This document shows, in pieces, positions 18,759 through 30,400 of a stretch of DNA of 32,000 nt (the stretch's first letter is position 1; the number at the start of each line of letters is the position of its first letter). The notes beneath the pieces were generated by a model. It did not search any database. It saw only the letters and a list, made by a program, of their open reading frames with translations, and was not told the DNA's origin. Position numbers and translations under genes: made by a program. Source of the stretch: Candidatus Fokinia solitaria (GTDB lineage: Bacteria; Pseudomonadota; Alphaproteobacteria; Rickettsiales; Midichloriaceae); assembly GCF_003072485.1 (NCBI RefSeq), contig NZ_CP025989.1:480001-512000 (forward strand), written 5' to 3'.

Positions 18759-19982
18759 ATGACAGCAAAAAAAATATATATGGATTATCAAGCAACTACA
18801 CCTACAGATCCTAGAGTATTGCAAGCGATGCTTCCGTTCTTCTCAGAGAAATTCGGCAATCCTCATTCTCGCAGTCACGCATTTGGCTGGGAATCTGAAA
18901 GTGCTGTAGAAGATGCACGCTCAATAATAGCAAACGCTATTAATGCATCTCACGACGAGATTATCTTTACTTCTGGTGCTACTGAATCCAATAACATCGC
19001 ATTAAAGGGAGTAGCACGATTTTATAGTAAAAACTTCAATAAGAATCACATTATTACACCAGTTACCGAACATAAATGCATTCTGGACTCTTGTAGAACT
19101 CTGGAAGATGAAGGCATTGAAGTCACTTACTTACCAGTAGAAAACGATGGAATGCTAAATCTTGATACCTTGAAAAAAGCTATTAAAGCTAACACTGCAT
19201 TAGTATCGGTGATGATGGTAAATAATGAAATAGGAGTAATACAGCAAATAAAGTCAATAGGTGAGATTTGCAGAGAAAGAGGCGTAATATTTCACACTGA
19301 TGCGGCACAAGCATTTTGTAAAATACCAATAGACGTGAGAGACATGTGTATCGATATGCTAAGCATCTCTGGGCATAAAATATACGGCCCTAAAGGAGTA
19401 GGTGCTCTTTTCGTAGGTAAGCATCCAACACGAGTAAGATTACAGCCTATGATGAGTGGAGGTGGACAAGAAAGAGGAATGCGCTCAGGAACGTTACCTA
19501 CCCCTCTTATAGTAGGCTTAGGAGAAGCTACTAAATGCAGCATACAAGATATGCAAAAAGACTATGCGCATGTTTCCCTTCTTGGAAAGCAATTTATACA
19601 AGAAATGCTAAAAATACCACATGTGATATTAAATGGCAGCCTTGATGCGCGTTACCCTGGCTGCATCAATCTCAGCTTTGCATATGTAGAAGGTGAATCT
19701 TTAATACTCGCACTAAAAGACATTGCAGTTTCTTCAGGGTCTGCATGTACATCAAATTCTCTTGAGCCATCTTATGTTGTGCAAGCTTTAGGAGGAGATA
19801 AGGATTTAGCACATTCTTCAATAAGATTCGGATTCGGTAGATTTACTACACAAGAAGAAGTTGATATCACAATACGATCCGTGAAAAATGCCGTCTCTAA
19901 ACTAAGAGAAATGAGTCCATTATGGGATATGGTACAAGACGGTGTAGATCTTTCTTCGATAAATTGGAAGAGTGATCATTGA
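18759..19982 (+). CDS. iscS: Cysteine desulfurase IscS
   Basis: '[35 protein letters not shown]', 'TSGATESNN', 'TEHKCILDS', '[17 protein letters not shown]' and '[16 protein letters not shown]'. Likely start is the ATG at 18759. Confidence 0.96.
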   Translation: MTAKKIYMDYQATTPTDPRVLQAMLPFFSEKFGNPHSRSHAFGWESESAVEDARSIIANAINASHDEIIFTSGATESNNIALKGVARFYSKNFNKNHIITPVTEHKCILDSCRTLEDEGIEVTYLPVENDGMLNLDTLKKAIKANTALVSVMMVNNEIGVIQQIKSIGEICRERGVIFHTDAAQAFCKIPIDVRDMCIDMLSISGHKIYGPKGVGALFVGKHPTRVRLQPMMSGGGQERGMRSGTLPTPLIVGLGEATKCSIQDMQKDYAHVSLLGKQFIQEMLKIPHVILNGSLDARYPGCINLSFAYVEGESLILALKDIAVSSGSACTSNSLEPSYVVQALGGDKDLAHSSIRFGFGRFTTQEEVDITIRSVKNAVSKLREMSPLWDMVQDGVDLSSINWKSDH

Positions 19983-20028
19983 AAAATACGTACACCTTCA
20001 TCATTTTATAACAAATATTCTTTAAACA

Positions 20029-20418
20029 ATGGCATATAATAGCAAAATCATCGATCATTACGATAATCCACGTAATGTAGGCTCATTTTCAAAAGACGAA
20101 AAGAACGTTGGTACTGGATTAGTAGGTGCACCATCTTGCGGAGATGTAATGAAATTACAGATTAAAGTTGATCCGCAAAGTAATACAATACAAGAAGCAA
20201 AATTTAAGACATTTGGCTGTGGTTCTGCAATTGCCGCAAGTTCATATGCTACGGAATTATTGAAAGGTAAGACAATAGATGAAGCTTTAAATATTAAAAA
20301 CGAAGATATATTAGAAGAACTATCTTTACCACCTGTCAAAATTCATTGTTCCGTACTTGCAGAAGAAGCAATTAAAAGTGCAATCCAAGACTGGAAAGAA
20401 AAGCATTCCACTGAATAA
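20029..20418 (+). CDS. iscU: Fe-S cluster assembly scaffold IscU
   Basis: 'YNSKIIDHYDNPRNVGSF', 'GLVGAPSCGDVMKLQIKV', 'FKTFGCGSAIAASSYATE' and 'LPPVKIHCSVLAEEAIKSAI'. Confidence 0.97.
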   Translation: MAYNSKIIDHYDNPRNVGSFSKDEKNVGTGLVGAPSCGDVMKLQIKVDPQSNTIQEAKFKTFGCGSAIAASSYATELLKGKTIDEALNIKNEDILEELSLPPVKIHCSVLAEEAIKSAIQDWKEKHSTE

Positions 20419-20476
20419 TTGTATCTTTCATAAAGATGATTAATATCGCATCATAATATGTATTAATTCAAATATT

Positions 20477-21172
20477 ATGTTTGGTAATAACGAGAAGTTA
20501 AATATAGAAAATAGAGACGGAAAGCATTTAAAGGTAACGGAAATATTTCATACTATTCAAGGAGAAGGACCTAACGCGGGGAGAGTGGCGATATTTATCA
20601 GATTAAGCGGATGTAATTTAGCATGCTCTTTCTGCGATACGCAATTTGATAAATATGTACAACTCGCAATTCAGGATATCTTAGAGAAAGTCCTAGAAGA
20701 GAAGACAAAAATGTACTCTGATACAGAGATACAACTCAATACACACAGGATTCTTGCAGTAATTACAGGAGGAGAACCATTTAGGCAGAATATCGGCATT
20801 TTATGCCAACTTTTAGAAGAGAATGGTTTTGAAGTTCAAATCGAAACAAATGGTACGTTATACTTTGAAGTGCCGCATAATACCACAATAGTATGCTCTC
20901 CAAAAATAGTAAATAACACGTATTTCCCTATAAGACATGATGTACTGCAGAAAACAATTGCCTTAAAGTTTATCATTTCTTCTCATTTAGAAGGATATGG
21001 TGATATTCAAGAAGTGGGACAACAAACATTCAACATTCCTGTATATGTGCAGCCAATGGATGAATATGATCAAGAAAAAAACAGTAAAAATATTGATCAA
21101 GCTATCAAAGTTGCAATAAAGCATAATGCAATTATTTCGATGCAATTGCATAAGATAATGAATATTCGGTAA
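20477..21172 (+). CDS. queE: 7-carboxy-7-deazaguanine synthase (radical SAM, QueE family)
   Basis: 'EIFHTIQGEGPNAGRVAIFIRLSGCNLACSFCDTQF' (CxxxCxxC) and 'VITGGEPF'. Confidence 0.87.
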   Translation: MFGNNEKLNIENRDGKHLKVTEIFHTIQGEGPNAGRVAIFIRLSGCNLACSFCDTQFDKYVQLAIQDILEKVLEEKTKMYSDTEIQLNTHRILAVITGGEPFRQNIGILCQLLEENGFEVQIETNGTLYFEVPHNTTIVCSPKIVNNTYFPIRHDVLQKTIALKFIISSHLEGYGDIQEVGQQTFNIPVYVQPMDEYDQEKNSKNIDQAIKVAIKHNAIISMQLHKIMNIR

Positions 21173-21241
21173 TCAATTATTTTCTTGAAAATACCCTTTC
21201 ATAGCATAGATATATTCATAATTAATATATGTACCTAAGCA

Positions 21242-23794
21242 ATGAAACAGGAAAAGTTCACAAATAAAGCTTTAGAGGCATTCAGAGAGGCACAATCTAA
21301 AGCTTTAAATTCCAATCATCAAACTCTTACTCCGGAGCACATAACATATGGACTATTACAGCATGATAATAATGTAATATCCGCAATACTTGCTTCATCA
21401 AATATCACAAAGGAAGAATTACTTCAAAAAACAGAGGAAAATTTGCACAAATTACCAGTTGTGATAGATACAAATCACAGTCTTAATATGTCAAATGCAC
21501 TAGCAAAGGTAGTAGCAAAAGCAGAAGGGATTGCGAAAGAACATAATGATGCTTTTATTACAAGTGAGGTATTATTCATAGCACTTGCATGTACTCATGG
21601 TACCGTCGTTTCCGATACTCAAATAAATGAAAATAATGCAATCGCAATTCTCAAATCTTATCGAACCTCGAGAAAAGTTACTTCTCAAAATGCAGAAGAT
21701 ATAATGGATGCAATTAAAAAATATACCGTAGATCTTACAGATAAAGCACGTGAAGGTAAATTAGATCCTGTAATAGGTCGAGATGAAGAAATAAGACGTA
21801 CAATCCAAATCCTTGCACGTAAAAGCAAAAACAACCCTGTCCTTATAGGAGAACCTGGAGTTGGAAAAACAGCTATCGTAGATGGATTAGCGCAGAGAAT
21901 CATCGCAAAAGACGTGCCAGAAAGTCTACATCACGTTTCAGTAAAAGTACTAGACTTAGGCGCTTTAATAGCAGGCGCAAAATTTAGAGGAGAGTTTGAA
22001 GAGAGATTAAAAACCGTACTTACAGAAGTATCAGAAATAGGCAATATCATACTATTCATAGATGAAATGCATACGCTGGTCGGCGCAGGGGCAGCTGAAG
22101 GCGCTATGGACGCTTCAAATCTGTTAAAACCAGCACTTGCAAGAGGAGAACTACACTGCATCGGCGCAACAACTCTTGTAGAGTATAGAAAGTATATAGA
22201 AAAAGACGCAGCACTTGCTAGAAGATTTCAGCCAATACATTTATCTCCATGCACGGTAGAAGAAACCATATCAATTCTCAGAGGAATAAAGGAAAAATAT
22301 GAAGCACATCACGGTATTCATATATCTGATAATGCTATAATTAGTGCTGCAAAATTATCCGATAGATACATAAATTCACGCTTCCTTCCAGATAAAGCGA
22401 TAGATCTTATAGATGAGGCGGCAAGTCATATTAGAATGCAAGTTGAAAGCAAACCAACAGCATTGGAAGACGTCGAAAGAAAAGTAATGCAAATGCAAAT
22501 TGAAAAAGCAGCTCTGATGAAGGAACAGAACGAACAGGTAGCAGAACGTCTTGAAAAAATAGATAAAACTCTCGAAGAATTGCAACAGCAATGCGCTGCT
22601 ATCTCATCTACTTGGAATAACGAAAAGAAATATCTAGAAGAAAGAAAATTACTTAAAGAACAGTTAGAAAAAGCAAAAATCTCCATGGAAAAAGCAGAAA
22701 GAGATGGAGATTTTACAAAAGCAGGAGAACTTAAATACGATACTATACCATCCATAGAAGCAAAAATAACAGAATTCTCAAATAAGAAAAGTACGATCTT
22801 AAAAGAAGCAGTAGATGAATTCGAGATAGCTTCTATTATCTCAAAATGGACCGGTATACCTGTGAATTCTTTAATTGAAACGGAAAAACAAAAACTTTTA
22901 GGAATGAAAGAACATATATCAGAATTCGTAATAGGACAAGAAAAAGCAGTAGAAGCGATCAGTAATGCTGTAATACTCTCAAGAACTGGATTATCTGAAT
23001 CAAATAAGCCTATTGGCGTATTTCTATTTCTAGGTCCTACAGGAGTAGGAAAAACAGAATTAGCAAAAGCTTTAGCTTTATTTTTATTCGATGACGAAAG
23101 AGCATTACTACGCATAGACATGTCCGAATATATGGAAAAACATTCTATTTCGAGATTAATAGGAGCGCCTCCAGGGTATGTAGGATATGATGAAGGTGGC
23201 CTTTTAACTGAATCAATACGTCGAAGACCGTATCAAGTTATATTATTTGATGAGATCGAAAAAGCGCATCATGATATCTTTAACATATTTCTACAAATCA
23301 CCGATGATGGAAGAATAACTGATTCACAAGGTAGAACTATTGATTGCAGAAATACTATAATCATCATGACATCGAATATTGGTTCAGAATTTATACTATC
23401 TGAATCAATGAACAGTACGGAAATAGAAAATGCCGTATATGAAAACATGAAAAACTTCTTCAAGCCGGAATTCATTAATAGAATAGATAAAACAATAATG
23501 TTTCACAGATTAACATTAGATGACGTCGTGAAGATTGCTAAATTACAACTGAAAAATTTCTCTAAAGTACTACATGATAAAGCACTCGGTTTTGAAGTAA
23601 GTGAAGAAGCTATCTCGTGGATTGCACACAATGGATACGATAACGTATATGGCGCTCGTCCTTTAAAAAGGCTAATACAAACAGAGATCAAACAAAAAGT
23701 AGCAAATTTGATGCTAAACGAAAGCATTTCTGAAGGTAATACAATTTTCGTAGATTGCGTTAACAACTGCATCACAGTAACAGTAAAGGCATGA
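21242..23794 (+). CDS. clpB: ATP-dependent chaperone ClpB
   Basis: Two Walker-A motifs ('GEPGVGKT', 'GPTGVGKT'), a ClpB-type middle coiled-coil domain and '[13 protein letters not shown]'; 850 aa. Confidence 0.97.
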   Translation: MKQEKFTNKALEAFREAQSKALNSNHQTLTPEHITYGLLQHDNNVISAILASSNITKEELLQKTEENLHKLPVVIDTNHSLNMSNALAKVVAKAEGIAKEHNDAFITSEVLFIALACTHGTVVSDTQINENNAIAILKSYRTSRKVTSQNAEDIMDAIKKYTVDLTDKAREGKLDPVIGRDEEIRRTIQILARKSKNNPVLIGEPGVGKTAIVDGLAQRIIAKDVPESLHHVSVKVLDLGALIAGAKFRGEFEERLKTVLTEVSEIGNIILFIDEMHTLVGAGAAEGAMDASNLLKPALARGELHCIGATTLVEYRKYIEKDAALARRFQPIHLSPCTVEETISILRGIKEKYEAHHGIHISDNAIISAAKLSDRYINSRFLPDKAIDLIDEAASHIRMQVESKPTALEDVERKVMQMQIEKAALMKEQNEQVAERLEKIDKTLEELQQQCAAISSTWNNEKKYLEERKLLKEQLEKAKISMEKAERDGDFTKAGELKYDTIPSIEAKITEFSNKKSTILKEAVDEFEIASIISKWTGIPVNSLIETEKQKLLGMKEHISEFVIGQEKAVEAISNAVILSRTGLSESNKPIGVFLFLGPTGVGKTELAKALALFLFDDERALLRIDMSEYMEKHSISRLIGAPPGYVGYDEGGLLTESIRRRPYQVILFDEIEKAHHDIFNIFLQITDDGRITDSQGRTIDCRNTIIIMTSNIGSEFILSESMNSTEIENAVYENMKNFFKPEFINRIDKTIMFHRLTLDDVVKIAKLQLKNFSKVLHDKALGFEVSEEAISWIAHNGYDNVYGARPLKRLIQTEIKQKVANLMLNESISEGNTIFVDCVNNCITVTVKA

Positions 23795-23803
23795 AGTACG
23801 CTT

Positions 23804-25615
23804 TTACCGCATAATAGACAATTCTTTAAGCATACTCTTCATCTCACGCAACTGCTGTTGTGTGAGAGTTGTAGGTGCACCCATTAACGTATCTTCTCCA
23901 TTTTGGTTCAGCGGAAACAGTATTATATCTCTCAAATGCTTTTCTCCTGCTAGTAACATAATCATTCTATCAATACCTGGCGCAATACCACCATGTGGAG
24001 GCACTCCGTACTTGAGCGCTGTCACAATTGGCTTAAAATTACTACTTACAGTCTCTCTACTATACCCTGCTTTTGCAAAGCATTTATATAACAACTCCAA
24101 ATCATTATTTCTGATAGCGCCACTCGACAACTCAACACCATTACAAACAATATCATACTGGTACCCCTTGATATTGAGTATATCCTCTACAGACTTCGCA
24201 TTATCAATTACTTCATGCCCTCCTATAGGCATCGAAAAAGGGTTGTGAGAAAAAACTATCTCATCCGATAATTCATACATCGGAAAATCTACTATCCAGC
24301 AAAAGGCAAATTTACTCTCGTCGATCATATTAAGCATTTCAGCAATCTTTACTCTCAATTTTCCTGACAATTTCTCTGCATTCGACTTCACATCGCATAC
24401 AAAAAAGCATGCATCAAATTTCTCATAAATACCCTCAGAATGGATTTTATTTAACACATCTCCATTAATAAATTTCGCTATAGGTCCTTTAAACGTTCCA
24501 TCATTATCCCATGTCACGTAAGCTAATCCCTTTGCACCAAGCTCCTTCTCTGCAAATTGAGAAAGAGTATCATAGAATGAGCGTGGCTGCGCTTTACATT
24601 TTACAGGAATCACACGTACAACATTTCCACTTTGAATCGCATTTTTGAATATGGAAAAATCAGAATTTTTAAATTCTTTCGTAAAATCGCATATCTTTAT
24701 ATCTATTCTTAAATCAGGTTTATCGGTACCATACATAAGCATTGCATCATTGTACGCAATTCTTGGAAATAAACCTTTTGCTACTTTTTCCTCTCCGCCA
24801 AACTTTGCAAAAATATCTCTTATTATAGGTTCTATAGTATTTAATACATCATCTTGCTCTACAAATGCCAATTCTATATCTAGTTGATAAAATTCACCAG
24901 GCGCTCTATCAGCTCTACTATCTTCATCCCTAAAGCAAGGTGCTATTTGAAAGTAGCGATCAAAACCTGAATACATTACAAGCTGTTTAAACATTTGCGG
25001 CGCTTGAGGAAGAGCATAGAATTTACCAGGATGCAATCTGCTAGGTACTAGAAAATCCCTCGCTCCTTCCGGAGAACTTGCTGTTAAAATTGGCGTTTGA
25101 AATTCAATAAAATTATTCTCAAACATTTTATCTCTGATGTAGCGTATAACATTGCTTCTGAGTAGCATTCTTTCTCTCATCCACTCCCTTCTAAGATCTA
25201 AGAATCGATATTTAAGACGCAACTGCTCAGATACATCTGATGCGCCTAAATCAAAAGGAAGGACAGCAGCGCGCGATAATACTTCGCAATGCTTTATCAG
25301 CACTTCGATCTCGCCTGACTTCAGAGTGTTATTTACGTTATTTTCCTCTCTCTTCACAATAACACCTTTTACCATAATCACACTTTCGCATGAGATTCCT
25401 TTTATCAAATCCACTAAGCTACTATTTTCATGCTCATCTGAAATTACGCATTGAACAATACCGTGCGCATCGTGTAAATCGATAAAACATAGCCTACCAT
25501 GATCACGTTTCGTTCGGATCCAGCCTGATATAGTAATTTCTTGACCGATATTACTAGATGATAATTCAGTAGATATATGAGTTCTATATTTTGATAGCAA
25601 TTTTTTCATCATCAT
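23804..25615 (-). CDS. aspS: Aspartyl-tRNA synthetase, bacterial type
   Basis: 'GWIRTKRDHGRLCFIDLHD', 'FIEFQTPILTASSPEGARDFLVPSR', 'FRDEDSRADRAPGEFYQLD' and 'GIAPGIDRMIMLL'. Confidence 0.97.
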   Translation of the reverse strand: MMMKKLLSKYRTHISTELSSSNIGQEITISGWIRTKRDHGRLCFIDLHDAHGIVQCVISDEHENSSLVDLIKGISCESVIMVKGVIVKREENNVNNTLKSGEIEVLIKHCEVLSRAAVLPFDLGASDVSEQLRLKYRFLDLRREWMRERMLLRSNVIRYIRDKMFENNFIEFQTPILTASSPEGARDFLVPSRLHPGKFYALPQAPQMFKQLVMYSGFDRYFQIAPCFRDEDSRADRAPGEFYQLDIELAFVEQDDVLNTIEPIIRDIFAKFGGEEKVAKGLFPRIAYNDAMLMYGTDKPDLRIDIKICDFTKEFKNSDFSIFKNAIQSGNVVRVIPVKCKAQPRSFYDTLSQFAEKELGAKGLAYVTWDNDGTFKGPIAKFINGDVLNKIHSEGIYEKFDACFFVCDVKSNAEKLSGKLRVKIAEMLNMIDESKFAFCWIVDFPMYELSDEIVFSHNPFSMPIGGHEVIDNAKSVEDILNIKGYQYDIVCNGVELSSGAIRNNDLELLYKCFAKAGYSRETVSSNFKPIVTALKYGVPPHGGIAPGIDRMIMLLAGEKHLRDIILFPLNQNGEDTLMGAPTTLTQQQLREMKSMLKELSIMR

Positions 25616-25715
25616 GACTTATAAACAACATTACCGATAGAAGGCTAGTATACCATATCGGTAAGTGTCAACATCAACGCAACTTATAAACGATCGAATG
25701 ATTCTTATTGTTAAT

Positions 25716-26900
25716 TTATACCGTAATACACATAGCAACTCCCATACCTCCACCTACACATAAAGTAGCGAGTCCTTTTCCTCCGCCTCTTTTACGTAAA
25801 GCATGTATGAGTGTGACTAATATTCTTGCACCTGAGGCGCCAATTGGATGACCTAATGCAATTGCACCTCCATTCACATTCACTATATCTTCGTTCCACA
25901 GCATTTCTTTATTTACTGCTATGGCTTGCGCGGCAAAAGCCTCATTTGCTTCAATCAGATTTAAATCCGCAACTTTCCATCCTGCATACTGTAATGCTTT
26001 TCGCGATGCCGAGACTGGCCCTATCCCCATAATTGCAGGATCAACGCCGGATTGCGCAAATGATTCTATCGTTGCAAGTATAGTCAAATTTCTACTCTTC
26101 GCATAAGCTTCCGATGTAAGGATAACATATGCAGCACCATCATTAATAGGAGAAGAGTTACCTGCCGTAACCGTACCATTCTTCTGAAAAGCTGGACGAA
26201 GAGTAAAGATCTTTTCAAGATCTGCTAATTTTACTGATTCATCTAAAGTAAATACTATCTCTCCTTTTTTGTGATCTTGCGTAACAATTGGCGCAATCTC
26301 ACTAAGAAATGCATCATTTTTTCTTGCAAGATTAGCTTTTTCCTGCGATTTCATCGCAAAAGCATCTTGTTCTTGTCGGCTAATATTATACTTTATCGCG
26401 AGATTTTCTGCAGTAATTCCCATATGTATATTATTGAACGGATCTAAAAGACCATCAAATATCATAACATCCTGTAATAATGCATTGCCAAGCTTTGTAG
26501 CACTACGTAAATGCGTAGCATGAGGCACTTTAGACATACTTTCTTGCCCTCCTGCTATTACTATACTATTTTCATTATCATGAGAATTGAATATAGAGTT
26601 CATGCCAAGATGTATCGCTCTCAAGCCAGAACCACACACTTGATTCACAAGCCAAGCCGGAGTATGCGTCGGTATTTTAGCGCCTAGAGAAAGCTGTCTT
26701 GCAGGATTTTGTCCGCATAATGATGTCAATACTTGCCCTACAATGACTTCAGTGATTTCTTGGTGTTTTACTCCTACTTCCGATAGTAGTTTCTCTATCA
26801 CCTGTATCCCTATTTCATGAGCGTGTAATTTCTTCAAAGCACCGCTAAGCATACCAATTGGACTGCGTTTCGCGCCTACTATAACAATTTTGTTACGCAT
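25716..26900 (-). CDS. Acetyl-CoA C-acetyltransferase (thiolase)
   Basis: 'VNQVCGSGLRAI', 'VIAGGQESMSKVPH', 'NVNGGAIALGHPIGASGARI' and 'GLATLCVGGGMGVA'. Confidence 0.95.
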   Translation of the reverse strand: MRNKIVIVGAKRSPIGMLSGALKKLHAHEIGIQVIEKLLSEVGVKHQEITEVIVGQVLTSLCGQNPARQLSLGAKIPTHTPAWLVNQVCGSGLRAIHLGMNSIFNSHDNENSIVIAGGQESMSKVPHATHLRSATKLGNALLQDVMIFDGLLDPFNNIHMGITAENLAIKYNISRQEQDAFAMKSQEKANLARKNDAFLSEIAPIVTQDHKKGEIVFTLDESVKLADLEKIFTLRPAFQKNGTVTAGNSSPINDGAAYVILTSEAYAKSRNLTILATIESFAQSGVDPAIMGIGPVSASRKALQYAGWKVADLNLIEANEAFAAQAIAVNKEMLWNEDIVNVNGGAIALGHPIGASGARILVTLIHALRKRGGGKGLATLCVGGGMGVAMCITV

Positions 26901-27291
26901 TCTAATAAATCAAATTATTAGCTCTTTTAAAAAGCACATAATATGATTATATAATACATATAAATTTAATACAAGAAGATATTATATCAATGAAAAGTAT
27001 GCTTTCTTGGATTTTTCACTATAAAATCGATCACTATATCAGTAAAAGGTAAGATGATAGTTAGCAATTCTCTTTATTGACAGAACTTCTATTATCAATA
27101 TCTTCATTTGAAAGACGAAAGACCTCTATCTTTGAGAGAAATCGATAGCAAAAATGAATTCTTCTTCTCTCTTAAGGAAATAAAGAACTAACCATGCACT
27201 TCATCCAACACTAGGACACCGATAAAACTCTATATCTGCTTTGATAGAACTACTAGAGATATGTCATTATCCAGCTTCGAAGCTTCACTTA

Positions 27292-27328
27292 TCTTGTGAG
27301 AACAGAAGAAGCACGTGTTCTCACAAGA
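27292..27328. other. Perfect 12-bp inverted repeat (stem-loop candidate)
   Basis: TCTTGTGAGAAC (27292-27303), 13-nt loop, GTTCTCACAAGA (27317-27328). No T-tract on either side, so not called as a Rho-independent terminator. Confidence 0.7.
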
Positions 27329-27406
27329 AGAGTGAAAATTACAAAGAAAATGCACGTTATAATGTGCGAAAACACTCCACAACAAATATTTTCTAATATT
27401 TCAGAA

Positions 27407-30400
27407 TTATTGTCCTTTTTTCGCAGCTACATCAGACATATCCATAACTCTCTTCTCCATATTAATTTGCTCAGCTTCTTTCTTTTCTAAATCCTCGATA
27501 ATCGAATCTGCATTCTTCACCATTAAGTCATAATGAAATCCAGTACCTGCTTTGATAAGTTTTCCGCATATAATACTTGCTTTTAAGCTTTGTGCATAAT
27601 CTCTTTTCCCTTTTATCGCAGCTTCAATGAGAACATTGGTAGTTTCCTGGAATGAAGCAGCGGCTAAGAAAGAAGGATTACTCACAGCGATATTACTAAT
27701 TCCCTGTAATACGACTTTCACCTCTGGAAGCACAGCTTTATTAAGTGGCACTTTGATATTTTTCTTAGCTTTTATCAAGTCCTCTTCATTAATAATCTCT
27801 CCTTCTACTAAATTTGTGCTACCTGCGCTAATTACCTCCATTCTTCCCATCATCTGACGTAATAACACTTCTATATGCTTATTATGGATACTTACTCCCT
27901 GTAATCGATATACTTGCTTTATTTCAGATATCATATACCTCGCAAGTGCTTCTTTTCCCATTACGCTTAGAATCTCACTAGGAGAAACATCCCCCTCTAC
28001 TAACAAAGCTCCTCGCTTTACAAATTCTTCAGAATTAACAACTACGTTTCTATATCTAGGCACAAAATACTCGTGCGGTTTTTCATTCTCATTTAAAGGC
28101 GTGACTATAAGACGTCTCTTGGATTTATAATCCTTTCCGAAACTTACAACGCCGTCTATTTCGCTTATAATTGAATGCTCTTTCGGCTCTCTAGCTTCAA
28201 ACAATTCTACAACTCTCGGCAATCCTCCTATGATATCTCGTGCTTTAGATGAGCCTTTAGGTACTCTCGCCATGATATCTCCAATCTCTACATTCTGTCC
28301 TTCTACTACACTTAAAACAGCGTCTTTTGGTAAAACATATCTAACTATTGTCTCATCGGCATATTTCACTGGCTGCTCATCTTCTCCTAAGATAACAATG
28401 CTAGGTTCTAATTTTATGTCTCTCCTATTACATTCATTTACTACGATCGTAGCACGACCGGTAATATCATCAAAAAGCTCATTAATAGTTACTCCATCTA
28501 CAAAATCTACAAATTTTATTTTTCCTTTTTTCTCGGTAATTACAGGAATTATCAAAGGTTCCCATTCAGCAATCGGAGTACCAATTACCACTGCATCTCC
28601 ATCTTTCAGAAGCATTTTTGATCCATAAGGAATTTTATAGATCGCTTTAGGATAATTTACTTCATCTACAACTACAGCTTCACAATTTCTACTCATTACA
28701 ATAACTTCTCCATTCTCACGAGTAACAAAATTTTGATGCTTGACGCGTAGAATACCGTTATGTGAACTAATTACGAAGGACTCAACATCTGATTGCTGTA
28801 CTGCACCACCTATGTGAAAAGTTCTTAACGTAAGCTGAGTACCAGGCTCGCCGATAGATTGCGCTGCTATCACACCAACAGGCGTACCTAAATCCACAAG
28901 CTTATCACTTTTATATGCTAAATCAGTACCATAGCAAACACTGCATATACCGCTATTAGGCGCTTTACAAAATAAAGACGATCTCACACCTATAGATTCG
29001 ATGCCATTTTCCTCAAGCAATACGACATCCTTAGCATTAAGAACTTTTCCTTTGGATAAAAGAAGCTGACCATCATTTCTACTAAATACATCATGCGCTA
29101 ACACTCTTCCGGATGCCATAGCTACAAAAGTAGATACCAATTCTCCACTATCTATCTCCGCAGAACAGCTTAAAAACTCTTCAGTACCACAATCATACAT
29201 ATTAATCACAGAATCCTGTGCAGCATCAATCAATCTTCTCTCTAAGTAACCAGAATCTGCAGTCTTCAAGGCAGTATCTACTAACCCTTTACGCGCACCG
29301 TAAGTAGAAAGGAAATATTCTATAGGACTAAGTCCTTCTTTGAAGTTGGACAATATCGGAGTTTCAATGATTGTACCGTCCGCACGCGCAATAAGTCCAC
29401 GCGCACCTGATATCTGTTTTAGCTGCGCAGGAGAGCCTCTTGCGCCAGAAGCGATCATCATCCACAATCCATTTCCTCTTGCCTTTGCATCATTCTGCAA
29501 AGCAAATACAACATCATTACCTATACTTTCATTACATCTTAGCCAAGCATCGACAGCTTTATTATATTTCTCACCTGATGTAATGAAGCCATTTTGATAT
29601 TGCTGATCGTAAAGCTCAATCTCTCTCGTTGTTACGTCAATATGTCTTTTCTTTGAATCTGGAACTACTAAATCATCTTTACATATAGATACTCCTGCGA
29701 TTGTGGCGTAGCGAAAGCCAAGCTCCATTATCGCATCAAGAAATTCTGCTACAAAATTTAGCGAAGTAAACTCATGAACATGCTCGACAAGTTCGCTAAT
29801 TTCTTTTTTCGCAAGTGCTTTATTTGCATATTCTATGCGTATCTCTTGATGATCAGGTAATTTCTCCATGACTAACACTCTTCCAGGTGTAGTCGTAATG
29901 ATCTTCATGATCACATTTCCATCGATATCGTAAAGCTTTTTTCTAAAATAGATCTTCTTATGTAAAGGAATTTTTTTATGAAATAAAGCCAATTTTAACT
30001 CTTGAATAGAGTAAAAAATCGGTATGTCATCAGTTTCATTTTCATCCATACCAAGCGTCAGATAATACAGTCCAAGTATCATATCTTTTGCAGGAGTCAT
30101 AATGCACTGTCCATTTGCAGGATTCAGAATATTCTTAGCTGAATGCATCAACAATAATGCTTCAATCTGTGCTTCTATTGTAATAGGTAGATGCACAGCC
30201 ATTTGATCTCCGTCGAAATCCGCATTGAATGCAGCGCACACAAGAGGATGAAGTTTAATTGCAACACCTTCGACTAGCACCACTTCAAAAGCTTGTATAC
30301 CAAGCCTATGAAGAGTAGGAGCACGATTCAGCAAAACAGGATGATCTCTCACTACTTGAGGTAAGATCTTAATGACCATTGGATCGTGCTTCTGCACCAA

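Noticed and set aside
22426-23121. 231-aa ORF antisense to clpB
   Set aside because: It lies wholly inside the highly conserved clpB frame. The Ser/Phe/Leu-rich composition is typical of a shadow ORF. The same reasoning applies to the other antisense ORFs in clpB, rpoC, gatB, aspS, ackA, murB, iscS and thiolase.
27292-27328. Rho-independent terminator for rpoBC
   Set aside because: The stem is good but neither strand has a following T-tract, so it is reported only as a stem-loop.
27296-27490. 64-aa plus-strand ORF in the rpoC downstream spacer
   Set aside because: It overlaps the antisense of the rpoC 3' end and the inverted repeat, and its product has no recognisable features.
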